Of a stretch of 64,000 nucleotides of DNA, positions 1-9,450 are shown piece by piece (the first letter of the stretch is position 1; each line of letters opens with the position of its first letter). The position numbers were made by a program, and so were the translations under genes. Below the pieces are notes generated by a model that was not told the origin of the DNA, searched no databases, and saw only the letters and a list, made by a program, of their open reading frames with translations. The DNA is from a virus. The stretch spans positions 1 to 64,000 of IMG/VR virus record IMGVR_UViG_3300032092_000013; one strand, 5' to 3'.

Positions 1-1695
1 CACAAACGGTGGCGGCGCTGAACCACCTCCTCCACCACCAGCCATAGGTGCACTACCACCAATTTCTCCAGCTGGTGCCATAGCCGCTGCTTGGGCTTGT
101 AGCGCTTGTCTCCAATTAGGACCAGCCTGCTCAATCTGTGCCAATTCCCACACAAATTCTTTATCTTTCCTTAAGAATTCTCTATTTGCTTTTACATCAA
201 TATCAGACCATCCCAAATATTTCTTCTGTGCATAAGAAGGCGATATGCTTTGATTACTGGACATATTACCGAAATTTTGAACCTTCATTTCTAATTTTTG
301 ACTTTCTCTTAATTCATAGAAATTAGTTGGTACGTTAAATTCTAAATCAAAATGTTGTTCTTTTAATTTAAAATCTGCCCACAATCCCTTCAATTGAAGA
401 TGCGTAATAAATCCATTTTTAAATCCTGCAGCAACCTGTTGTTGCATTCTTATAATAAATCTAGCAAATTTTAATTCTTCTCTAAGAATTTCTTGACCGT
501 CTTTAAAAGTATCTTGCGGGTCTAATCGTGAAGAAGGTATCTTTAATGCACGATACAACTTCTTCATGAAGTACATTAAATCATCTAATTGGCCTAGATT
601 TGCACCTCCCGGTAATGTTGTGACAGACGTTCCTTCAGAACCAGCTCTCTTTGCAAACCAGTAACTATCTAACATAGTTTGCGGATTAAATTTTTGTACT
701 ACACCACCTTGATTATTGTCAAATGTTTTAGACGACCAATATTGTTGTTGCAATTTTCGTAGATAAGACTCTGCTTTAGGAGCAGGCATGTTACCCACAT
801 CAACATTAAAAACTAATCTTTCGGGTGCCCTGACTAAACGATAAATGATAATTGCATCTTCAATCATCGATAATTGACGATATGCTCTTCTGGCGTTTTC
901 TAAGAAAGGCAATCTCATGGTCTTATTTTCATTCCATATACCAGAATGAATATAAGTAATTTGATTTTTGTCCATCGGAACATATTCATGCCCCGTTTGT
1001 TTGGTGGGGTTATTAGGATCAAACTTTGGTTTGCGATATAAAAACGCTTTTACCATCATGTTTTGTACATTAGTAAAAACGGGATCAATCATATCCGCAC
1101 CCACTTGTACTGTGCCTAATATACCTTCTTTTGGATACTTTTCGTGAATAATGTGTTCAAAGAAGACTTCTCCTTCTACCAATAATGATCTAAAAATATT
1201 CCATCCTTTATTATCTAAATCAAAATATTGAATGTATTTTTGAAACTCTCTATTCAGTGTTTCTTCTTGTGTTTCATTTAGATTATCATTTTTATAACGC
1301 AATTTGATAATATTACCGTCTGAATCTTTGTTAATTATCTCATCACAAATTTCATCTAATGCATCAGATACTTCTGAGAAGGCAGCGATAATACGATAGT
1401 CACGTATGCGCGCTGGTTTGTCCTTTTGTATATTAGCATACATGATTTCAGAAAATCTCGAATCTTTCTGAATTGCACCTATACCTGCATTATTAAATTC
1501 ACTATTTTGAGAGACAGAATGTCTAGATAAGGCTTCTGCTCTTCTTGAGCCAACTTCTTCGAAATACTTAAATTTAGGATTTAATTTTTCAGATGCATCT
1601 AAAACATTATAACCAGAATATGGCAATTTTGATGAAATATAATTCATCAAATCTCTGCCAAATGTAGAAGAACGACCATCATCTAAAGAACTCAT
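1..1695 (-). CDS. gp20: Portal vertex protein (T4 gp20-like), 3' end truncated by window edge
   Basis: Missing from the ORF track because it runs off the edge. My translation of segments from ATG at 1695 gives MSSLDDGRSS..., DALDEICDEII, and MIEDAIIIYRLVRAPERLVFNVDVGNMPAPKAESYLRKL (T4-portal RAPER motif), with a Gly/Pro-rich tail. Late box TAAATA lies 6 nt upstream. Confidence 0.95.
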   Translation of the reverse strand, partial: MSSLDDGRSSTFGRDLMNYISSKLPYSGYNVLDASEKLNPKFKYFEEVGSRRAEALSRHSVSQNSEFNNAGIGAIQKDSRFSEIMYANIQKDKPARIRDYRIIAAFSEVSDALDEICDEIINKDSDGNIIKLRYKNDNLNETQEETLNREFQKYIQYFDLDNKGWNIFRSLLVEGEVFFEHIIHEKYPKEGILGTVQVGADMIDPVFTNVQNMMVKAFLYRKPKFDPNNPTKQTGHEYVPMDKNQITYIHSGIWNENKTMRLPFLENARRAYRQLSMIEDAIIIYRLVRAPERLVFNVDVGNMPAPKAESYLRKLQQQYWSSKTFDNNQGGVVQKFNPQTMLDSYWFAKRAGSEGTSVTTLPGGANLGQLDDLMYFMKKLYRALKIPSSRLDPQDTFKDGQEILREELKFARFIIRMQQQVAAGFKNGFITHLQLKGLWADFKLKEQHFDLEFNVPTNFYELRESQKLEMKVQNFGNMSSNQSISPSYAQKKYLGWSDIDVKANREFLRKDKEFVWELAQIEQAGPNWRQALQAQAAAMAPAGEIGGSAPMAGGGGGGSAPPPFV

Positions 1696-1724
1696 TTCCA
1701 CTATTTATCAGCTTTTATAATATT

Positions 1725-3182
1725 TTAACCGTGGCTGGCATTGCCATTATAAATAACATCACCTATTATCGGAGCATATACTTTATTACTATTATTTGAT
1801 AAAAATGTAATGCCAGCAGTACCGGCATCAATAGAATTTGGATCAATCCATTGAGCATTATCGATATCTACAACAGGCCGCAATGTATGAGGTAAAACAA
1901 CAACATCTATAGTATCGTCTGGTATTAATGTTGCTTGTATTGTTTTTAATTCGTCACCGAACCAATTATCCAAATCATACCAATCATTATTCAATAACGA
2001 GAAGAAGTATTTTCCAATAACATCTACAATGGGTGGCGGTGGTAATAATGGTGGTGGTAATAGTAAACTACTCGGAGCATCACCAATGTTAAATTGATAT
2101 TTAAATTTTTCCCAACCTGCTCTATTTGCTACAATAATATTAAATGTGCCGTTGCTTATTAATTCAGGTAGATTTAATTCTATAGTATAATTGTTTATTA
2201 TTTTATAACACGATAAAGGTAAATTATATGCACTAATCGACGGATAATAATCAAAATTTAATACGGTTAATGATGAAGATAAAATAGTAGAAGTCGATGA
2301 GAGTAGTACATTAGTTGTATGGTCGTAATTATTTCCAAGCAACATAAATGGATAATTTGCTTCTTCTTTTTGAAAGATAAAGTCATCATCAATTAATGTG
2401 CCGTGAAAAAATATAGATGTGCATACAGGCGCAGCTGAAAATGTAATTGTTCTTGTATTTTGTCTAGCCGGTAATGTTATTGCTTCTGAATTTGACGCAT
2501 AAAAGTTATCACATTCTAGTAATGCTGAAGAAAAGTTAGTTTTAATAAAAAATACATTTTGTTGTTTTGGCATTTCTTTTTGAAACAACCAACCCTTTAT
2601 AGTAAATCCTGTAGATGCTTCTATTCTATATTTGTCTGATTTTGTTGTATCAGTAGGATAGCTCATGGTCATGTTTCCTGACCACATTACTTGAGACCTT
2701 ATTTCTTGTGTAGTGGCTGCTCCCATAGCATCCGGTATTTTCCATGCAATTACAACATAAGGATTTGAATACGGTATAAAATTAGAAAGTATTTGATCCA
2801 TATCCGTTTGATACTCAGTAAGAATTGACATAGATACATCTATGTTTACTGGTACCGGCATATTAATATGTGCATGATTTTTTCCGGGCTTTAAATCAGA
2901 AAAATGATCACTTTCGTCAAATCCGTAGAGTTTAGAAAACACTCTGTTTTCATCACGGCTTATACCTGTTACGTTGACAGCAATAACAGGCAATGTAATA
3001 TTTTGTGCTTTATTTACTATATCAAATAAGACTCTTTCTTTTGGAGAATATACGTAACGTACCTTGACATTTGATCTTGCGTCCCGGTTTTTATCATATC
3101 GATTTATAACTACATCATCAAAAGCAGCTATAAATTGTGATATGATATCACGTATCTCAAAATGAAATGTCTGTATTTCCAC
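1725..3182 (-). CDS. gp15: Tail terminator / sheath stabiliser (gp15-like) with C-terminal extension
   Basis: FHFEIRDIISQFIAAFDDV...VKVRYVYSPKERV...ITLPVIAVNVTGISRD...PVPVNIDVSMSI...DQILSNFIPY resembles gp15. The start is likely GTG at 3182 (TAAATA 5 nt upstream), not 3284, which overlaps the helicase. Confidence 0.8.
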   Translation of the reverse strand: MEIQTFHFEIRDIISQFIAAFDDVVINRYDKNRDARSNVKVRYVYSPKERVLFDIVNKAQNITLPVIAVNVTGISRDENRVFSKLYGFDESDHFSDLKPGKNHAHINMPVPVNIDVSMSILTEYQTDMDQILSNFIPYSNPYVVIAWKIPDAMGAATTQEIRSQVMWSGNMTMSYPTDTTKSDKYRIEASTGFTIKGWLFQKEMPKQQNVFFIKTNFSSALLECDNFYASNSEAITLPARQNTRTITFSAAPVCTSIFFHGTLIDDDFIFQKEEANYPFMLLGNNYDHTTNVLLSSTSTILSSSLTVLNFDYYPSISAYNLPLSCYKIINNYTIELNLPELISNGTFNIIVANRAGWEKFKYQFNIGDAPSSLLLPPPLLPPPPIVDVIGKYFFSLLNNDWYDLDNWFGDELKTIQATLIPDDTIDVVVLPHTLRPVVDIDNAQWIDPNSIDAGTAGITFLSNNSNKVYAPIIGDVIYNGNASHG

Positions 3183-3190
3183 ACATATAT

Positions 3191-4813
3191 TTAATTGAAT
3201 CGCTTCAAGAAGTACTTTGGTAATCTGGTTTTGTTCTGAATGACCGCATCTACAATGCATCCGTCCAAGATATATGTCACACAATAATCATCTACTGATC
3301 TAACTCCTCGACCACACGCTTGGATGAGATTATTAAGCATCTTATTGACATACCATTGTCCATCTTCTTTAAAGAGACGTTTAATTCTTTCATCTCCTAA
3401 TGGCATATAAGCTGCTTTCACTAAGATTTGAAATCTAGCTAAATCATCTTTTAAATCTACCCCGTATGTCAATGAAGGTGACACTAAGATAGTTGGTGAT
3501 GGATCTTCTAAGTGTTGTTTGAGGATTTGTTCATTGGTCATACCATCTCCTCTGAAGATAAATCTAGGATCATTTATATTATTTCTAAGATAATTAGTAA
3601 TCTCCATAGTATGTGTATGGATTACGCCTTTCACATCCTTATGTTGATCACAAAGATTTTTGATTTGTTTTGCAATGTATGGTAATGATGATTTTAAATT
3701 TTTATAATTCAACTTAACCCTGCCCGTGCAAAAGATTGGAGCCTTCTTTGCAGAGAATGTAGAATCTACTTCAATATACTCATAATCAGTGATTCCAAGC
3801 GTTCTGGCAAAATGTTTATGATCAATGATAGTAGCAGACATCAAAAGGATTTTTTCCCCATAATTGAAAATATGTTGAGAAAGCTTATCAATTCTCAAAG
3901 GCTTTAAGGTAATTGCTTCATTTGTCTTTTCTAGAATATATTCACAGTCATCCCAAGTCTCAATAGTCGTCTTGAGCGACATATGCAAATTTCTAAATAA
4001 CGACAATCTTTGTCTATCTACTAATGAAGTAGATGTTTTTTTCTTCTTCATTGAATCCATCAATGTATTAACCTCTTCGGAAAGATCACCTACAAAGTTT
4101 TCTAACCATGTTCTAAACTTTGTATAATTATTAATTGGAATAGATGTAATAGAAATATTCATCTTCTTGAGAACTTTATAATTCAATTCTCTTGAAAATC
4201 TTTTCACCAATTCATCTTCTAATTCGGAAGCTTCATCGCAAATAATAAAATCTCTTTTCTTTACATGGCCAGGTAATGACAGAAACATGCTGTAATTCAG
4301 AACACCAAATTGTGATACTAGTGTATCGTTCCTTGAATTATAGTATGGACATTTATTAGCAACTTGACATTCGTGCTTCAAATCTGAATTAAAGATACAT
4401 GGTGCAATATCTGCTGTGAATTTCGGATCAATAGCACACGTATGATTTGCTTTACCTTTCAATGCCTTCGAATCATCAAATAATGATACATATTGATCTT
4501 GTAGTGTCTTAGTGATAGTTAATGCCATAGCACCAAATGTAGGCATACCTGAACAATCATCAGGATCAAGATATGCACCAAATTGATCCATTGCAAAAGC
4601 TTGATTTGATTCAATAGACTTAATAAATTCCGTAGGTGAAATAGAACTGCTATTAGCTAGTGTCTTAGCTAAAAAAGATTTGCCTGAGCCAGTAGGTGCA
4701 CAGCAAATAACAAACTTCTTACCTGATTCAAAGGCTCTTTCTATTCTTGGAATGATTTCTACTTGCTGAGGTAGTGGTTCATATCCATCAGGAAAAAATG
4801 ACATCAAATTCAT
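3191..4813 (-). CDS. DinG/XPD(Rad3)-family SF2 helicase with Fe-S cysteines
   Basis: APTGSGKS Walker A, CDEA, MSAT, QACGRGVRSVDDY. Four Cys (HTC..APC..HEC..KCPYY) lie in the Fe-S region. Confidence 0.85.
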   Translation of the reverse strand: MNLMSFFPDGYEPLPQQVEIIPRIERAFESGKKFVICCAPTGSGKSFLAKTLANSSSISPTEFIKSIESNQAFAMDQFGAYLDPDDCSGMPTFGAMALTITKTLQDQYVSLFDDSKALKGKANHTCAIDPKFTADIAPCIFNSDLKHECQVANKCPYYNSRNDTLVSQFGVLNYSMFLSLPGHVKKRDFIICDEASELEDELVKRFSRELNYKVLKKMNISITSIPINNYTKFRTWLENFVGDLSEEVNTLMDSMKKKKTSTSLVDRQRLSLFRNLHMSLKTTIETWDDCEYILEKTNEAITLKPLRIDKLSQHIFNYGEKILLMSATIIDHKHFARTLGITDYEYIEVDSTFSAKKAPIFCTGRVKLNYKNLKSSLPYIAKQIKNLCDQHKDVKGVIHTHTMEITNYLRNNINDPRFIFRGDGMTNEQILKQHLEDPSPTILVSPSLTYGVDLKDDLARFQILVKAAYMPLGDERIKRLFKEDGQWYVNKMLNNLIQACGRGVRSVDDYCVTYILDGCIVDAVIQNKTRLPKYFLKRFN

Positions 4814-4843
4814 GATGTCATTTTATCTGGTTTCGTTTAGAGA

Positions 4844-5176
4844 TCACTCACCAACAATATAAACTACGTTATCGTAAATTTTAGCGTTAGTCTTTGGTGT
4901 CAAAGATTTCAATTTAAAATAAAGGTGATCACAATTATGTGAAATTTCATTTAATGTATAATTCATTTCAGCTGTCAATCCTTTTGAATTGCTATGAAAT
5001 GGATATGGCAATTCAAATTTCTTTTGTTCATTATTCACTCTCAATAAGAAAGTAATATAAAAATCTTTGACAGTGAATAATAATAGTTTGCCCTTCTTTA
5101 TGGTTTTATTGTTTACCATAAAAGATACTTCTCTTTGGAGAAAGTTATTTAAATTGTTTTCAAGTACGTTAATCAT
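4844..5176 (-). CDS. Hypothetical protein
   Basis: 110-aa ORF co-oriented with and overlapping its neighbours. Confidence 0.6.
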   Translation of the reverse strand: MINVLENNLNNFLQREVSFMVNNKTIKKGKLLLFTVKDFYITFLLRVNNEQKKFELPYPFHSNSKGLTAEMNYTLNEISHNCDHLYFKLKSLTPKTNAKIYDNVVYIVGE

Positions 5177-5547
5177 GTGTTCATGAAGTTAATTTTTTGT
5201 GAAGTAGACATTGTATAAACGTTCTCATTGAAGTATTTCCAAAATTCATCGTTAGCTGGTAATTTTTGAATAATAGTACAATTGTCAACATTTATACATC
5301 TATAGTTTTGCATTAGAATGTCCCAAGTAATAATAATGTTTTCAGCTTGTGGATCAAATTTTGGATATTGCGTTGGCGCTGAGTATCCTAAAATTAATTT
5401 TCCATTATATGAATTAAGTAAATTAGTTGAATTTGTACATAACATTCTTCTTGTAGAACCTGAACCTGGTTTTGGTGTTCTTCTCAAGAATCTGATGTCT
5501 AATACGTTTTCTAATAATAAATTTCTTAATTCAGTAAAGCTTGCCAT
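5173..5547 (-). CDS. WYL_2/DUF2693-like SH3/Sm-fold protein
   Basis: Pattern LDIRFLRR...RRMLCT...ITWDILMQNYRCIN is typical of this T4-like family. Confidence 0.55.
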   Translation of the reverse strand: MASFTELRNLLLENVLDIRFLRRTPKPGSGSTRRMLCTNSTNLLNSYNGKLILGYSAPTQYPKFDPQAENIIITWDILMQNYRCINVDNCTIIQKLPANDEFWKYFNENVYTMSTSQKINFMNT

Positions 5548-5549
5548 AC

Positions 5550-5960
5550 TTACATTTTCTTACAAATACCAAAAAGTCTCTCCTCATTTAAGAACATTCC
5601 TTTTTTTACTTTTCCGTATCCTTCAATTTCGAGATTAGAAACAGAAGCACCTTTATCATTAGGAAATACGACAATATCATTTACTTTACAATATTTGACA
5701 CTAGGTCCTGTTAAAACAACCTTTGCTTTTCTCCATGCTTTAGTTACTGCATTAGTAGGAATGAATAATCCATTTCTTTGGATAGCGGAACCTTGTGCAT
5801 CTTCTACTTCATCAATCATTTCTACTAATACAATATCAGCAAAGACGAAGGAAAGCTTATATTCATCTAAACCAAAAAAGCCCCCAGAATGACCATCAAG
5901 GTCAATGAGGCTTTTGGAATTCTTTAAATTATCTAATTCTGTTGGTAATTCAGCGGGCAT
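5550..5960 (-). CDS. GroES/Cpn10-like co-chaperonin (gp31 analogue)
   Basis: DIVLVEM...RNGLFIP...AKVVLTGPSVKYCKVNDIVVF...FLNEERLFG matches the Cpn10 pattern. Confidence 0.75.
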   Translation of the reverse strand: MPAELPTELDNLKNSKSLIDLDGHSGGFFGLDEYKLSFVFADIVLVEMIDEVEDAQGSAIQRNGLFIPTNAVTKAWRKAKVVLTGPSVKYCKVNDIVVFPNDKGASVSNLEIEGYGKVKKGMFLNEERLFGICKKM

Positions 5961-5992
5961 ACTATTAATTATGCCCTTTTTTTATAAGTCAA

Positions 5993-6697
5993 CTAAGATA
6001 AACGAATAGCTTCTGCTATATCTCTCTCTGTAATTTCTCCATCTATAAATTGTTGGAATTTAACTTTTAGCGATTCAGGCATTATCTTTTTCAATTCAAG
6101 CTCTAATTTGAATTTTTTCAATTCATCATTTTGCTTTACATACGCTTTGAATTTATTAAAAAGTTCACTCTTTTCACCAGTTAATTGATGTTGTAAAGAT
6201 TTTGTATTAAGAGGTGCTGTTTTTACTGTTTTAAACACTGTTCTAAGCATTTCCAAGAAAGCATCTTTAATAATAGGTGTATCGATTTCACTTCTGTCTT
6301 TTCCTCTTTCAATGGCTTGAACTTCTAAAGCTTTATCAATGCGGTCTTTATATTCGGCGTTTGCATGTTGAGATTCAGAATCAACTTTATCTGCTTTTTC
6401 TTTAGCAAAACGTTTTTCATCCCATGGGATGAAAACAGATCTAACCTTTTCAACAGTGCCATCACGTAATGAATCCAATTCAGATCTATCTTCTGAATCC
6501 CTCTTTTCTATTTTCATTTGAAAATAGTCATGGAGCAATCTTTCCAAACCTTTTATTCCTTCTCCCGACTCTTCAAATGATTTTACTATATCTTTATATA
6601 ATTGATGTGTTTGATAATATGGATCTTGTGTTAAACCTTCATTTAACACATCACCAAATAAATCTACTAAATGTTCATATAAAGAAGGGAAATTCAT
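5993..6697 (-). CDS. Late hypothetical protein, putative head-internal protein
   Basis: TAAATA 5 nt upstream. N-terminus MNFPSLYE...VLNE-G; charged, helical composition. Confidence 0.55.
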   Translation of the reverse strand: MNFPSLYEHLVDLFGDVLNEGLTQDPYYQTHQLYKDIVKSFEESGEGIKGLERLLHDYFQMKIEKRDSEDRSELDSLRDGTVEKVRSVFIPWDEKRFAKEKADKVDSESQHANAEYKDRIDKALEVQAIERGKDRSEIDTPIIKDAFLEMLRTVFKTVKTAPLNTKSLQHQLTGEKSELFNKFKAYVKQNDELKKFKLELELKKIMPESLKVKFQQFIDGEITERDIAEAIRLS

Positions 6698-6723
6698 GAG
6701 TCTATTTATTTAGACTCATGAAT
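6692..6723 (-). promoter_or_regulatory. 13-bp hairpin enclosing a late promoter and sequestering the ATG of 5993..6697
   Basis: Minus strand reads ATTCATGAGTCTA-AATAAA-TAGACTCATGAAT. TAAATA (6703-6708) spans the loop and the ATG (6697) is in the 3' arm. Confidence 0.7.
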
Positions 6724-7086
6724 ATTTTTATATAATTGGACTTCTCTTTTAGAGATTTGATATTTTTGTGCTAATAGACTATCAATATCTATTGTCTCTT
6801 TCTTTTCTACTTTATCTTCTTTATGTTTTTTAATATATTCAATACGTTTTCGTTTAAACTTAGGAAAGATATTATATAAGAAATTGTATTGATCTTCTTT
6901 TGAAGTTAACGTCGGCCAGTATTTGTTGGTCGTTTCGTTAATAATTTCAGCAGAAACGTCGCTATACATAGAAATCCACCGATTACACATAAAAACGTTG
7001 AATTGTCCTTCTTCATACTTTATATCATCTATGTATCTCTTATCGAAAAGAATTGAATTGATATAATCAAAAATAGAAGCTTCCAT
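6706..7086 (-). CDS. gp62: Clamp loader small subunit (gp62-like)
   Basis: FDYINSI...FNVFMCNRWISM...QYNFLYNIFPKFKRKRIEYIKK...LAQKYQISKRE. Confidence 0.7.
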   Translation of the reverse strand: MEASIFDYINSILFDKRYIDDIKYEEGQFNVFMCNRWISMYSDVSAEIINETTNKYWPTLTSKEDQYNFLYNIFPKFKRKRIEYIKKHKEDKVEKKETIDIDSLLAQKYQISKREVQLYKNIHESK

Positions 7087-7673
7087 TATAGAATAACTTT
7101 AGTAGTAGCAATCTGAATATCACGTACTGTATGATAGAATACTGCTTCTACATCCTTCATAAACAATTGAACCTGTTCGTCAGTTAATTTTGTTGAATAA
7201 GCAAAGTTGGGTGCACTCTTACCTGCATCAATATTGATACCCGTATGTCCAATAGCTACATTATTAGTAGAATATGTAATAGATACCGATGCTTTGCCTT
7301 TGGTTTGTTCTTTCCCATCAGATCCGGTAAAGACATCATGGACAATTAAATCATCACCCCTTAATTCAATTGGCTTTTGAATATATCGAACAGACAAGAT
7401 ATTAGCAATTTGAGTATTGAATAATCTCTGGAAAGCTACTGCACCAAATGGACAAAGATTTGGAATTTCCCAACAAAAATTAATTGCATCATTGCTATAG
7501 ATATAATCTTTAGCTAAGAGATCTTCTTGATCAATTAGGTTAGTTGTTACATTCATAGCACCGCGGAAACAAATTAAGTCTCCGATGGGTGATACGTTCT
7601 TACGAAGAAATTCGTAAGCAAAACGTTTATGAATAAGGTCGCCGTTATATGTTGTGGTTTGATCTAGAATCAT
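7086..7673 (-). CDS. DUF366-family protein (LplA/BirA-like fold)
   Basis: YNGDLI...FAY...FRGAMNV...LIDQED...IYS.DAINF..E...FQRL...RGDDL...KASVSI...HTGINI. Confidence 0.7.
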   Translation of the reverse strand: MILDQTTTYNGDLIHKRFAYEFLRKNVSPIGDLICFRGAMNVTTNLIDQEDLLAKDYIYSNDAINFCWEIPNLCPFGAVAFQRLFNTQIANILSVRYIQKPIELRGDDLIVHDVFTGSDGKEQTKGKASVSITYSTNNVAIGHTGINIDAGKSAPNFAYSTKLTDEQVQLFMKDVEAVFYHTVRDIQIATTKVIL

Positions 7674-7711
7674 TTGATTTATTTTAAAAACAAAGAGCTA
7701 TAAATCAATAT

Positions 7712-8542
7712 CTATATTGTGTCACAAAATTTTATAAAATTTTTTACTGTTTCTAATTCTTTTTCTTGTACTTGTTTAAAATTTTGCTCAACTAAATGAA
7801 GGGTTTCTTTAGCATGTTGAATTTCATCTATTCCATATGCTATTCCCATTTTTGTAGAGGGAAAATCATTGTGCCATTCAGCTGCGGTTTTATTTGTATT
7901 GGGCACTACTATTGATATGCAGCCACATAATGAAGCAATTACCGGCCAAAAGCAAGCATTATCATAACAATAAAAATATTCGACATTTTTTAAAATTACA
8001 GACATTCTTTGAAAGTCATTAGTAATGTTAGTCAAATCAATTGCATCTTGCGGATGCACTTTTTCTTTTATGCCACCTTTCTTTACTAAGAAAGCAGATC
8101 CTCTTCTAATTTCATTTCCCTTTCCAAAATAATTAGTATCTAAAAATGAACTTATCAATTTACCAGATAATTTATACCCTTCTCTAATTTTATAAAAATC
8201 TGAATAAGTAAAAAAATAATCTGTATTTTTTGATTTTTGGTAAAATTGATTTGCAAGCTCCTCACCTGAAGCTTCCGGTGTGTTTAACAACCATCTTATA
8301 ACATGTTTTGTACCAAAAGGATTTCCCACTACAACTTCCGGATAAATCCCGATAGTATTGTCTTTTTTAAAAGTAGCATTTGCAAAAAAAGGTGCATTTA
8401 ATGATGGATGTGTTTTAGGAGAAGTTATATATGCTTCTTCGCCCAAAGAATTTAAATCATGACATAATTTGTGCAAAGCGACACTACCACCACTATTATG
8501 CAAAAAAGCGCCCATGTATATAATATATTTTTTTTTATTCAT
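7712..8542 (-). CDS. WavQ-like putative glycosyltransferase
   Basis: SGGSVALHKLCHDLNSLGEEAY, IYPEVVVGNPF..HVIRWLL, IASLCGCISIVVP. Located in the sugar island. Confidence 0.55.
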   Translation of the reverse strand: MNKKKYIIYMGAFLHNSGGSVALHKLCHDLNSLGEEAYITSPKTHPSLNAPFFANATFKKDNTIGIYPEVVVGNPFGTKHVIRWLLNTPEASGEELANQFYQKSKNTDYFFTYSDFYKIREGYKLSGKLISSFLDTNYFGKGNEIRRGSAFLVKKGGIKEKVHPQDAIDLTNITNDFQRMSVILKNVEYFYCYDNACFWPVIASLCGCISIVVPNTNKTAAEWHNDFPSTKMGIAYGIDEIQHAKETLHLVEQNFKQVQEKELETVKNFIKFCDTI

Positions 8543-9449
8543 TAATTTTAGCTAAAAAGTCTTGATAAGCTTCTTTCAATCCTTCTTCAAAAGGAGTTTC
8601 TTCAAAAGACATAATGTTATTCAAAAGCGTGCAGTCAGTTTTCTTTCTTGGTGTTCCATCTAAGCTAGGATCTCCTGGAAGAATTTTACCTTCAAATCCA
8701 ACTACATTGCAAATTTTCTTTGTTAGTTCATATATGCTCAGTTCTGTATTGGAACCAGCATTAACAAGATTTGGGGGATTCTCAATTTCTAAAAGTTTAT
8801 AACAAATCTTAGCAAGATCGTCAGCATTCAAAAATTCTCTTAGAGGAGAACCACTTCCCCAAATTTGATATTCTATATGACCTCTTTCCTTAGCTTCATG
8901 AATCTTTCTGATCAAACCAGGAATAACATGAGAGTTCTCAGGATGATAGTTATCGTTCAAACCATATAGGTTGGTAGGCATTACAGAATGATAAATTACT
9001 CCGTATTGTTTACGATAGAATTCACAAAGTTTAATTCCAGCAATCTTAGCAATAGCATAAGCTTCATTAGTTGGTTCAAGACTGTCTGTAAGCAAGTATT
9101 CTTCCTTTAAAGGCTGAGGTGCAAACTTAGGATAAATGCATGTACTACCAAGAAACAATAATCTTTTAACGCCATGCTTATATGCGCTATTAATGATATT
9201 TGTTTGTATCATTAAATTATCATAAGCAAATTCAGCTGGATATGTATTGTTAGCTTTTATGCCTCCTACCTTTGCAGAACAAATAACAACCTTATCAGGT
9301 TTAGCAGCAGCAATAAAATCATCTACGTTTTGCTGATTACGCAAATCCAAGCTTTTTTTATCTATAACAATTGGATCATAATCTTTACAATGTCTTAACA
9401 TTGCTGAACCAACCATTCCTTTGTGACCAGCTATAAAAAGTTTATCCAT
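8535..9449 (-). CDS. fcl: GDP-L-fucose synthase
   Basis: AGHKGMVGSA, AKVGGIKAN, LGSTCIYP, LEPTNEAYAIAK, SHVIPGLI. Confidence 0.95.
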   Translation of the reverse strand: MDKLFIAGHKGMVGSAMLRHCKDYDPIVIDKKSLDLRNQQNVDDFIAAAKPDKVVICSAKVGGIKANNTYPAEFAYDNLMIQTNIINSAYKHGVKRLLFLGSTCIYPKFAPQPLKEEYLLTDSLEPTNEAYAIAKIAGIKLCEFYRKQYGVIYHSVMPTNLYGLNDNYHPENSHVIPGLIRKIHEAKERGHIEYQIWGSGSPLREFLNADDLAKICYKLLEIENPPNLVNAGSNTELSIYELTKKICNVVGFEGKILPGDPSLDGTPRKKTDCTLLNNIMSFEETPFEEGLKEAYQDFLAKINE

Positions 9450-9450
9450 A

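Noticed and set aside
138-326. Plus-strand 62-aa ORF, and similar short antisense ORFs (e.g. 5318, 15846, 17566, 25424, 43715, 44555, 55968, 59693, 59865)
   Set aside because: They are shadows on the opposite strand or frame of well-supported genes (here the portal), with no motifs or promoters.
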